A stretch of DNA of 64,000 nt from Octopus vulgaris (lineage: Eukaryota). The notes beneath the pieces were generated by a model that ran no database searches, was not told the origin of the DNA, and was given only the letters and a program-made list of their open reading frames with translations. The stretch covers positions 20,460,001 to 20,524,000 of the forward strand of contig OX597841.1 in assembly GCA_951406725.2 (NCBI GenBank), read 5' to 3'. The translations under genes and the position numbers were made by a program. Positions 39,483-52,008 of this stretch are shown here, piece by piece. The first letter of the stretch is position 1, and every line of letters starts with the position of its first letter.

Positions 39483-40550
39483 AAAATACAGTAAATATAT
39501 AAGGACAGCACAAGACAAACCAAAATGATAATCTGTGGTATTATTAATCTACAAAATGTGGGTGATACCTAATGGTGATGATGGTATTGACGGTGAGGGT
39601 GGTGGTGTGTTGTGGTGGTGGTGTTGGTGGTGGTTGTAGTGATGGTGGTGTTGGTGGTGGTGATATTAGTTGTAGTGGTGGGTTCCTGATATTTGATATG
39701 AGGGATGATCTGTAAACTAAACAACAACAACAACAACAACAACGTTTACTTCAAACCAACCAAGGTAAGGCTTCCACATGGTTAATCACTTTGCTATAAA
39801 TAGCAGCTAAATTTCCGTCTGTGACATCCTACCATCTTAAATAAAAACTGGACACATTCAACACTATTGGTTTATCAGTTTTACATCATGCTTACATGTT
39901 TTTGAATTATGTTATGGGTATGGGTGTGGCTATGTGGTAAGAGGTTTGCTTCCAAACCACATGGATTATTTGGTATTGCTACAATTGTTTCATTAAGAAC
40001 CTTTACTGTGACATAAACATGGTACAGTTAGGTATGCAAAACATCCAAAAGAATATGAAAAACATTATGCAACTCTCAACTCATCAGGTTTACCAATTAT
40101 ATAAACAAGCAATGACATGCTGATGTAATTTCTTTGATGTTCATCAAAAAGTGAAATTTCAAATCAGAATTACCTACATTTAAGAAAGGTAAAGTGGATG
40201 GTACTGTTTGTAAGTTGTGTTCAAGGGAGGCATTTGCTTTCCTTCAACACCATAACTCTTCATTACTCAACAGGGCTCTCTAACACAATCTTTTCATGTA
40301 AGTATAAATTTTATTCCATTTTTGCCCATTATGCAAAGTCTCCTTAATCTCTCCTAGTTATGATTAAGCCCTAACTTACCACTTAGCTATGCTAGCAGCA
40401 TATTCCTTCTCATTTTATATCTGACTCTCTTTTCATTCTCCTTGTACCTTCCTCCTCTGCTACCTTACCCTTATACGTTCCTTGCCTCTTCCTCTTTATG
40501 CTATCTCCAAACAACACTTCTATTTCCTTCTTCACTTTTTGTTGGTGAGA

Positions 40551-40610
<60 letters not shown>

Positions 40611-41729
40611 TACATATATACTATTTTATGAAAGCTGATAAAAATCTTCACAAACTGTTACTCAGAGTTTCACATGACCATTCATCAGACAGTTGTGATA
40701 ATAGGGAATAATTAAATAATTAAATTATGTGAGTATGTATAACATATACAGTGTTTGGTGAAAGAAACATGTTTCTGGCTAGAGTCCAGCTCAAACTCCA
40801 TTGGTAAGAAATTTCAAAAATTATACCAAGAACAACTCTGCATTCATAAATGCTTGCATAGAAATACGAAAGTGTGTGTCATTGCAAGTTATTAATGAGA
40901 CAGGAACAACAGACGAGAGGGTAGAACAAATGACTGCATACTATCACCACAACTACTGCCAATGCTGTCACAACCACCATTACCGCTACTACTAACACTA
41001 CGACAACCACCACTGCTACCGTAACCATTACAACTACTACAATCACCACTACAATGATCATCACCAACCCCACCAGTAGTAGTAAATGCATAGAATAAAG
41101 GTGATGACTATGAATGCATACAACAAAAAACTACCACAAAATACAAAAAAAAACAAGAACAAAAACAACAGTAAAATATATGTAATAAACTGATAAGAAT
41201 GAGTTGATTGCATTTCTGTAATTAAGAATGCGTCAATGATAACGAGAGCAGCAGTAGCAGCAGAAGTAGCAGCAATAACAACACCAAGATGTAAGCGATA
41301 AGCAAGTGTTGATAGCAATTAAGAAAACTGTACCGACAACAACAACAACAACAACGTGAAATGTCCATAAATGGAGAAAATCGAATACCAGGATGAGTTT
41401 GTGTATATAGTAAACATGTAGAATGAGTGTGTGTATGTATGCATAGCATGTGTGTGTGTATATATATACATAAAAATACACACACATGTATACACATATA
41501 TATACATATATACACAAACATACACATATATATACTCTTTCACTCTTTTACTTTTTACAGTCATTTGACTGTGGCCATGCTGGAGCACCACCTTTAGTCG
41601 AGCAAATCGACCCCAGGACTTATTCTTTGTAAACCTAGTACTTATTCTATTGGTCATTTTTGCTGAATCGCTAAGTTACGGGGACATAAACACACCAGCA
41701 TCAGGTGTCAAGCAATGGTGGGGGACAAA

Positions 41730-42688
41730 CACACACACACATACATATACATACATACATACATAAATACACACATACATACATACATACATACGTACAT
41801 ACGTACATATATACACACACATACATACACACAAACATACATACATACACACTTACATACATACACACATACATACACACATACATACACACAGACATAC
41901 ATACGTACACACATACATACATACACACATACATACATACACACATACATACATACACACACATACATACACACATACATACATACAGACATACATACAC
42001 ACATACATACACACACATACATACACACACATACATACACACATACATACATACACACATACATACATACACACACATACATACACACATACATACATAC
42101 ACACATACATACACACATACATACACACACATACATACACACATACATACATACACACATACATACATACACACATAAATACACACATACATACACACAT
42201 ACATACATACACACATACATACATACATACATACACACATACATACATACATACATACATAAATACATACATACACACATACATACATACACACATACAT
42301 ACATACACACATACATACATACACACACATACATACATACATACATACATACACACATACATACATACATACGTACATACGTACACACACACACATACAT
42401 ACACATACATACATACACACATACATACACACATACATACACACATACATACATACACAAATACATACATACATACACACATACATACATACACACACAC
42501 ATACACACACATACATACATACATACATACATACACACACACACATACATACATACATACATACACACACCCATACATACATACATACATACATACACAC
42601 ATACATACACACATACATAAACACATACACACACACATACATACATACATACATACGTACATACATCTATATATATATATATATACAC
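41730..42688. repeat. ~950-bp compound (TACA)n/(CA)n microsatellite
   Basis: Seen directly. Confidence 0.95.
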
Positions 42689-42689
42689 A

Positions 42690-43000
42690 TTGGTGACATG
42701 TTAAAAGAACCATCCGAACATGGCAGATTCCAGAGCCGCCCTGACTGCCGTCCATGTCGGTGACACGTAAAAGCACCAACCGATTGTGGTTGTTTGCCAG
42801 CCTCATCTGGCCCCTGTGCCAGTGGCACGTAAAAAGCACCCACTACACTCATGGAATGGTTGGTGTTAGGAAGGGCGTCCAGCTGTAGAAACTCCGCCAA
42901 ATCAGACTGGAGCCTAGTGAAGCCTCCTGGCTTCCCAGACCCCGGTTGAACCATCCAACCCATGCTAGTTTGGAAAACGGACATTAAACGATGATGATGA

Positions 43001-43003
<3 letters not shown>
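42690..43003 (+). mobile_element. RTE LINE 3'-UTR fragment
   Basis: Matches 27450-27702 with (GAT)n tail. Confidence 0.85.
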
Positions 43004-43048
<45 letters not shown>

Positions 43049-43249
43049 GAAAGAATGGAGTCGAACGAAAATGTTATTCATATAACATGTTTATTCATAT
43101 GCAACACACAAATTTCTGCACATGAACCAGGAGTTTCTACCCTTGACAGGTTGCTTCAACCGTGTTTCTGACGTGAATTTGCTACCCAGGTTTCGGTTAA
43201 ACGAATTTTCCATGCTGACAATAAACACAGGATAATTCATTCACCTACT

Positions 43250-43311
<62 letters not shown>

Positions 43312-43611
43312 TACGACGGGCTCCTTTTCAGTTTCCATCTACCAGATCCACTCACAAGATTTTGGTCAGCCTCAGGCTATAGTAGAAGACACTTGCCCAA
43401 GGTGCCACGCAGTAGGACTGAACCTGGAACCATGTGGTTGGTAAGCAAGCTACTTACTACACAGCCACTCCTGCAACTATGTGTGTGTGTGTGCGCTTTA
43501 TTTATAGTGAAACAAAGAAGATGTTGGCAAATTAACGTAAAGCACCTCTGTGTATATATACTGTGCCTATATATATATATGTGTGTGTGTGTTTATATAT
43601 ATATACATATA

Positions 43612-46262
43612 TCCCTTAAATCCTTAAAAATGTTTTAGCCCAAAGGCTGCGGCCATGCTGGGGCATCACCGCTGAATGAGCTACACTAATATGTGAATCC
43701 ACCTCTGATACGTGGCACTTGGTCAACAAGGGAGTTCGATGCCGCAGCCTGCATCTGTGTCTCCTGTCGTGAGGTAGGTTCATCTGGGACCCCCAACAGG
43801 AAGAGATCCAGTTTAGTTTTAAAGAAACCCACATCCACACCATGTAAGTCTCTCACGCGTTTAGGGAGGATGTTAAAGAGCTGTGGTCCTCTGAAACCCA
43901 AGCTGTTGCAGTATCTGGACCTGTATTTTGATGGTGATGTTGGAATCTTTGGCACCATGCAGTGGCGCCCCGTTCTGCAGTTGGGGTAACTTTGAATGCC
44001 AAAGTTTGGGACAAGACCCTCCAGGATTTTCCAGATGTATATCACTGCATATCTCTCCCGCCTTCGCTCTAGGGAGAAGAGGTTTAATACTTTCAGTCTT
44101 TCCCAGTAGCTGATATTTTGCATTGAGACGATCTTCTTTGTGTAGCTTCTTTGAATTGCTTTGAGTTCTGCTGTTAGTTTTATATTGTGTGGTGACCATA
44201 GTTGGGAGCAGTAGTCCAAGCGGCTGAGGACAAATGTTTTCCATAGGACCATCAGTGTCTCCTTCTCTCTTGTTCTGAAAGTTCGGAAAATCCATCCAGC
44301 TAGCTGTCTGCATTTTATCACCAGATTAGTAATATGCACTTGGAAAGATGCATCATTGCTCATGTCAATGCCCAGGTCACGCACTGATTTTGACTCAGGG
44401 ATTGCAATTCTTCCTGGGCCAGTGTATCCAGTCTGCATGTCGTTTACCTTTGTGTGCCGGTAGCGCAGGGCCTGGAACTTACCTGCATTAAACTGCATAT
44501 TGTTGTCCTCAGCCAACTTGTATATTGTATCCAACTCCTGTTGCAGATGCGCAATATTTTCAGGGTTTTGTATTGTGTGGGAGACTTTTGTGTCATCTGC
44601 ATAGCTAGCAAGGGTGGCCATCGTAGCAACTGACAGTATGTCTGAGAGGGCCACTATGAACATCAGTGGCCCCAAGACAGTGCCCTGTTATTTGTGTTTC
44701 CTTGGAGGTGGCTCCATTGGTCACAACTGCCTGTCTTCTATCTTTTAGGAAATTGTGCAGCCACTCTTCAAGTTTTCCGCCTATGCCGAGACCACGCAGT
44801 TTGTGACAGATCATACCATGGTCGATTTTATCAAAGGCTTTTGCAAAGTTGAGATATATTACATCCACATTTGAGCCATTTAGTAGCTGTTTTAACACCC
44901 AGTCATAGTGTTGCAGGAGCTGTATTAGGCAGCTTCTACCTGGTCGAAATCCATGCTGGGTGTTAGACAGCAAGTCATTTTCTTCAAGGAACATGATTAG
45001 TTTCTTGCGGAATATTCGTTCCATGACTTTGCTGATATGTGAGGTCAGAGAGATAGGCCTATAATTTTTAGCATCTGCTCTGCTACCTCCCTTATGGATA
45101 GGGCATATTACCCCCTCTTTCAATTTGACTGGGAGCTTACCACTTGCAAGAAAGCTCTGAAAAAGAAGCTGTAGCGGTTTTGCAAGGGCTCGTTTGCACG
45201 ATTTGAGAAGGATCACTGGAAATCCATCAGATCCAGCAGCTGAGTTTGTGTCAATCTCATCAATGGCTAGTGTGATATCATCATCTTCAATGTTAATGTA
45301 CTCAATTTTTGCCTCTTTGGCAAAGAATTCTTCTGGGTTGTTTACTTGCCTATGTCCTAGAGGTCTAGTGAACACACTTTGGAATTGTTTGTTCAGTATT
45401 TCACTTATCCTCATGGGATTTCCTGTGAGAGAGCCATCTTTTCGGAAGAGAGGTCCTATTCTCTGGTGCACTGTGGCTGTCTCTTTGGCAACCTTAAAGA
45501 AAGCTTTAGGGTTTGACTTTATATTTTCTATTACCCAAGCTTCTTTATCTGCTCTCTCCTTTTCATGGGACTGATGCAGACTTTTCTCAGTTTCCATTAG
45601 CATTCTTTCGAGCCGAGACTTCTCACCACTTTTGGTGTGCTTGCTCAGGCGGTTTGCAATCCTTGTCCGTCGTCTCATAAGAATCCTCCTTTCTCGAGGG
45701 ATCCTGTTTTTGTTCTTGTGTGTGCTGGCCCTGCACATTGGGACATATTTGTCACATATGGCTTGTATTATGGACATGAAGTGTTTGTGTTTCATGTTAA
45801 TGTCCGGTGTGGAGAGACATTTAGGTCAATCCTGTTTGAGGATCTCTTTCTCAATCAACTTCCAGCTTGCTTTATGAAAGTTTAAGTTGGAGAGATGGTG
45901 GATGCTTCGTATAGGCTGTGTGTCTACGGGGGCTTTTGTTCCATACATAGACAGCTCTATTATGTTGTGTTCTGAGATCATTGTCGGCATCACTTTAACA
46001 TTATGGATAATATCCATATTGTTTGTGAAGCAGAGATCCAGTATATTATCTGCCCTTGTTGGTTGCAGAACTGTTTGCTCCATGAAAGAGGCATTTGTGA
46101 GATGGAGCAGGGACTCTGCCTGTGCCTGCTGATGGTGTGTCATCCCTGAGAGCATCTGCCCCAGGCCATTCCACATTGGGGAAGTTAAAGTCACCCATGA
46201 AGAATACACTGTTGTGTTGTTCAAGGTTGGTGAGAACTTCTATTTTTGTTAGGCAGTCTTCA
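43612..46262 (-). mobile_element. 5'-truncated CR1-group LINE (endonuclease C-part and RT), frameshifted
   Basis: GDFNFP, LDLCFTN, NYRPISLTS, QHGFRPGRSC, FAKAFD, YADD, LDYCSQLWSP, SLERRRERY; short-repeat tail. Confidence 0.93.
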
Positions 46263-46360
46263 TTGTACATATATACACAAATATATACATATGCATATAT
46301 ATGTATACATATATGTACATAAATATATTACATATATATATACACGCACATATATACATA

Positions 46361-46672
46361 TATCACGTGATCACGTGACTGACCAGGCTATCAGATGTTG
46401 CTACACATCGCTGGTCACAATGCGCTTTGCTTTGTTTTAGCCTTCGAATGACGCCACCCCGCTGGCTAAGCGAGCAGGCCAACAGAAGAAAGAGTGAGAG
46501 AAAGTTGTGGCGAAAGAGTACAGCAGGGATCGCAACCACCCCCTACTGGAGCCTCGTGGAGCTTTAGGTGTTTTCGCTCAATAAACACTCACAACGCCCA
46601 GTCTGGGAATCGAAACCGTGATCCTATGACCGCGAGTCCGCTGCCCTAACCACTGGGCCATTGCGCCTCCAC
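46361..46672 (-). mobile_element. tRNA-derived SINE family C (OR-like), tail variant 2
   Basis: Head GGAGGCGCAATGGCCCAGTGGTTAGG...GGTTTCGATTCCC with A and B boxes. Confidence 0.8.
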
Positions 46673-46715
<43 letters not shown>

Positions 46716-46737
46716 CACATATATATATATATACATA

Positions 46738-46839
46738 CTGTGTAGCACCTTGGACAAGTGTCTTCTACTATACTATTGACTAAAGCCTTGTGAGTGGATT
46801 TGGTAGACAGAAACTGAAAGAAACTTATCATATATATGT

Positions 46840-46887
<48 letters not shown>

Positions 46888-47088
46888 CTGTGTTTGTCCC
46901 CCCACCATTGCTTGACAACCAATGCTGGTGTGTTTATGTCCCCGTAACTTAGCGGTTCAGCAAAAGAGGCCAATAGAATAAGTACTAGGCTAACAAAGAA
47001 TAAGTCTTGGGATTGATTTGCTCAACTAAAGGTGGTGCTCCAGCATGGCCACAGTCAAATAACTGAAACAAGTAAAAGAATAAAAGAA
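46738..47088 (+). mobile_element. SINE family A, 5'-truncated
   Basis: Matches the 1430-1770 portion of the first copy. Confidence 0.85.
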
Positions 47089-47102
47089 CATATATATATA
47101 TA

Positions 47103-49740
47103 TTGGAAGTCACAGAGAAATTATACCTCAAACAAATGATGACAGAAGCAACAAGAAATAATAATACGATCGACTTGGTTTTCACCAACAACGAGGACAC
47201 GCTATTTGACCTTCACTCAACCCCAACAATCCTTTCAGACCACAATATTATTGAAATGCATTTACACATTGGTAATGAGCCCAATGCCACAACTCTTAAA
47301 CAAAAGGACATGCCAAAGCTATGCAGGTATGATTATCACCAGGCAAATTGGGAAACTATTAACAACCAGTTACAAATCATTGACTGGGATCTCTACCTTA
47401 CTGGGCCAGATAAACACAAGAAATTCTTAAACAAGATCGAAGAAATATGTGAAAAAAATGTTCCTCTAAAGAAAACCAAGTCCACAAAAAACCTGTACCA
47501 CGGGAGCGAAAGATCCTGATGCGCAAAAGGTCAAGACTAAGAAACAAAACATCTAAGCTGACATCAAAACATGAATTACAGAAAGTCCTTGACCAAATAT
47601 ACAGATTAGAAGACAATCTAAAACAACACTATGATGAAGAACGTAACAATGCAGAAAAGAGAGCCATAGAAAACATCAAGAAAAATCCAAAATGTTTCTA
47701 CAGTTTTGCAAAGAAATACTCGAACACCAAGTCAACAATAGGACCTCTCCAGAGACAAAATGGGGATGTAGTGAATAACCCTATTGAAATGGCAGAAATG
47801 TTGGGTCAACAGTATGAAAGTGTCTTCAGTGAGCCATCTAAAACCATGAAGATCCATGACCCAGGAAAATTCTTCAAGGATATCGACCATACTAAACCTA
47901 CCCTATCCGACATTGATTTCAACCCAGAAGACATAGCAAGAGCCATAGACAAGCTCTCCATGCACTCGGCTGCGGGGCCTGACGGTTTCAATGCCATGAT
48001 ACTTAAAAACTGCAAGGTACAATTGTCGAAACCCCTTTACATGATATGGAGGGAATCTATGGAGAATGGCAAAATACCATCATCATCATCATCATCATTT
48101 AGCGTCCGTTTTCCATGCTAGCATGGGTTGGACGGTTCTGCTGGGGTCTGTGAAGCCAGAAGGCTTCATCAGGCCCAGTCAAATCTGGCAGTGTTTCTAC
48201 GGCTGGATAAATACATATAAAGAAGCACACATAACTCCAATACATAAAGGGGACAGCAAATCAAAACCAAAGAACTACCGACCAATCTCACTGACATCAC
48301 ACATTATCAAGGTCTTCGAAAGAATAGTTCGTGGAAAACTGGTTGAGTTCCTGGAATCCAACAATCTGATGAATTGCAACCAGCATGGATTCAGGTTAGG
48401 TAGATCATGTCTTTCCCAACTACTGGCACACCATGACCAAATCCTAGAAAATCTAGAGAATGGATACAACACAGATGTTATCTACCTCGACTTTGCCAAG
48501 GCATTTGACAAGGTAGATCATGGCATCCTGGGTCACAAACTTCGAAAGCTAGGAGTAGGAGGAAAAGTTGGTACATGGATACATGAGTTCCTTACAAATA
48601 GAACTCAAACAGTCACTGTGAATGGAACCCATTCAACACCATCACCTGTGACCAGCAGTGTTCCTCAGGGTACAGTACTCGGCCCAATCCTGTTTCTCAT
48701 CCTCATCTCTGACATAGATGAAGATACAACCAGCAACGTCTCATCCTTTGCTGATGACACCAGGGTCATGAGACAAATCAAAGACGAGGTGGATACAGAG
48801 GCCTTACAAAAGGACCTGACCACCATATATAAATGGCAGGAAACAAACAACATGTTGTTCAATGATAAGAAGTTTGAACTAATTCGCTACGGAACAGATC
48901 AAGATCTGAAAAATACAACAAACTACAGAAACCCATCAGGACAACAAATAATGGAAAAACAGTATGTGAAAGATTTAGGCATCCACATGGGAACCAACCT
49001 AAAATTCAGAGAACACCTTGACTCAGTCTGTCTTACTGCAAGAAAGTACAGCGGGTGGATCTTGCGCACCTTCAAATCAAGAGATACCTCAACAATGAAA
49101 ACCCTCTGGAACAGTATGATACTTCCGAGGATTGACTACTGTTCTCAGTTATGGTCACCAACAACAAAGGGACAACTATCTAAGATAGAATCGCTCCAAA
49201 GAAATTTTACCTCATACTTCTCAGAAACGAGGGACCTGGACTATTGGCAAAGACTCAAAACCTTGAGGATGTACTCAATAGAAAGAAGATTTGAGCGATA
49301 CCGAATTATATACATTTGGAAAATGATAGAGCAGAAGGTGCCAAACTTTGGTATCAAAACCTACCACTCACTGCGCCACGGAAGACGCTGCCAGCTGCCA
49401 CCAATCAACAAAAAGGCTGGCCTGGCAGCAAAAACCCTGCGAGAATCAAGTCTGTTGGTTCGAGGAGCACAACTGTTCAACTCCATTCCGGTACATGTCA
49501 GAAATCTATCAGGATGCAGTGTGGAATCATTCAAATTGCAACTGGATAGATACCTAAGCACCATTAGAGATGAACCCCATCTCCCAGAATATACACAACG
49601 AGCACAAACTGACTCAAACTCGCTCCTACACATGTCAAAATTAAGCAGAGAATACAACCTGGCAACCACACCAGACTCTGAGGGTGGAGTCTTCGACTTG
49701 GCCTGAGCATGGACTCAAACCCAAATGAAATGAAATGAAA
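47103..49740 (+). mobile_element. 5'-truncated CR1-group LINE, nearly intact ORF2 portion
   Basis: IDLVFTN, SDH, NYRPISLTS, QHGFRLGRSC, DFAKAFD, VPQGTVLGP, FADD; (AAATG)n tail; one frameshift near 47490 and a 130-bp insertion. Confidence 0.95.
48079..48208 (-). mobile_element. RTE 3'-tail fragment inserted into the CR1-group LINE
   Basis: (ATC)n followed by the reverse complement of the RTE 3' UTR; removal restores ...GKIP-NTYKEAH... Confidence 0.9.
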
Positions 49741-50499
49741 TATACATACACACACACACACACACACACACACTGGCAGTTGAGTTCTTGACAAATTTAG
49801 TGTCTCTTAGCTGCAACCAGCTGAATTTTTAGAATACCTTTTTGATCAATCCACAATCCACTCTTAAACATCACAGTTTTCCAGGTGTCCTGGAAACTTG
49901 TTTATATTTATTAATTCACATCATTAACTGGTTCTTATATTATTGTTATTTCCATTCAGAACAGGTTTGAACATTTTAATAAACTGTTTTTCCTTTATCT
50001 TTCTCCCAACCTCACTTGTGTCACGTAGTTTGTGGAAAAGAAAAATTAGAAACATTTTCTGATCACATGCCTCTATATGTTTGCTCAATGGAATTTGGCA
50101 AACATTGATGTTCTGAATTTGTTGCCTGTGGACTCATGACTCATGTCTATATAGACAGAAACTGAAAGAAACTCATCATATATGTGTGTGTGTATGTATC
50201 TGTGTTTGTCCCCCCACCATCATTTGACAACTGATGCTGGTGTGTTTATGTCCCCATACCTTAGCCTATATATTTAATGTCTTGCCTATATATATAATGC
50301 TTGCAATTCAGGCATTTAATGCAGTAGTAAAATTTCTGCTTTTGTAGTTCATATTTGCATTTGCGATAATCTGCCCATTTTTTGTTCCAATGGATCTACC
50401 TGTATGTATGTATAAAATACAGGAAAACCAGACTATGTTTTAACTTTATTCAACTTATATATTATTCTATACACATTTACATAAATTCTTAACAATATA

Positions 50500-51082
50500 T
50501 ATAAACAGGATTTGGAAGCTGGCATTTTCTACTGTCTATCACAAAATGAAAGCAAAATCATTACAAGGAGGAGGAATTTTTATTAAATAAATGAAAGCAA
50601 AGCATTACGATGTCTGAAGTTGTAAGAATTTCTGAAGCTTTTATATCTGCTTTCAAATCATCATATTAAGATTTATTAAAACTTTACCAACATACTGAAA
50701 CAATAAAACTATAGATAATGTCTCTTATTTTCTTCCATAGATGAATAGCCTGTTGTTGTCGGGCAATTTTTACAATAGAATGTCTTATTAAAATTTTTGT
50801 TTATTCCATGTCCGGCCATGCCTTCCCAAACAGATAGACCAGGATAGATCAGGACAGATTTGTGTAATTTTTCACAAAAAAAATTTGTTGAGGATTATTT
50901 TTCCTTTTTAAATTATTTATGTGTCTGTTTGAGTGTTTCACATGACTTTATTCATTAAAACTTATTAAAACTTTAGTCATCGTAACGCTTTGCCATCATT
51001 TCTTTCATAAAAATTCCTCCTTCTAATGGTTTTGCTCTCATTTTGTGATAGCAGAACATGCCAGCTTCCAAATCTTGTTTTC
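50500..51082. mobile_element. Foldback/MITE-like element with ~110-bp imperfect inverted arms
   Basis: gatttggaagctggcat...aggaggaattttta...ttacgatg versus catcgtaa...taaaaattcctcct...atgccagcttccaaatc. Confidence 0.65.
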
Positions 51083-51354
51083 TGATTAGATAAAATTGAT
51101 TAAACTTTGAACCTTAGTAACATTTTTCTGGAACAAATAAATAACAAAACCAGATTTAACGTGAAAAATTATTTCAATTCACCAAATTTGAAACATTTTT
51201 AGGTAATTTTAAAATCTCACAATATGTGACAGCAACAAGGAAGACCCTACAAAAGTAGAGAGACAGACAATTATAGGATGAGACACACACATACACACTC
51301 ACATTTACAAATTACACACAGGTAATCACAAGTTTAAAATAGTGTGTAGTAGGC

Positions 51355-51385
<31 letters not shown>

Positions 51386-52008
51386 TGTATGTATGTGTGT
51401 CTGTATGTATGTATGTATGTATGTCTGTATGTCTGTATGTATGTATGTATGTGTGAGTGTTTCTTTGAGATGGACTGCAGAACAGCCACCTACCCCATCT
51501 CTCCTTAAAGCTACGTATTCTTTACATCCACCTTTCCTCCCTTCCTCAACGTTTAAAAGTTAGTTATGTGTAGTGTGTGTGTGTGTGTGTGTGTGTGTGC
51601 ATGTATCTATGTAATTATGACAGCTGTATTAAAGTTACAATTTCATTGTGACTCCATACTTGTTGCTTACACAATACTGTACTCCCCTTCCCTGATATCA
51701 GTCACACCCACTTCTGCTATTACATTCTCTGAGATTAATACTCTTTGCATCCTTCTCATTTTATCACATAATTTGCCTAACTCCTAGGGGGCCCATTTTC
51801 GTGAAATCCAATAAGCCTATTATTGAACTGGATGGTAGTTTAACATGTACGCAAAGTTTTGTGAAGATTGGTTTCTTGGTTTACGCAATAAGATGGTAAC
51901 AGACAGACATTTATAAGGTAAGACATATGCAGGAAGACTTACATTTTTACGTATACATTCTGACGTATAAACATAACATAAGCGTATATTTATATATACC
52001 TACATATA

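Larger units (their letters stand above)
41536..43474 (-). mobile_element. SINE family A split at its internal microsatellite
   Basis: 3' half at 41536-41735 and 5' half at 43311-43474, colinear on the minus strand. Confidence 0.75.

Noticed and set aside
41701-42839. 300+ aa ORFs rich in MYVC/HTYI (also 63214-63838 and many short ones)
   Set aside because: Translations of stop-free microsatellites, not genes
48066-48210. Poly-His N-terminus (MAKYHHHHHHH) on the 546-aa RT ORF
   Set aside because: Produced by the (ATC)n tail of an inserted RTE fragment read in another frame
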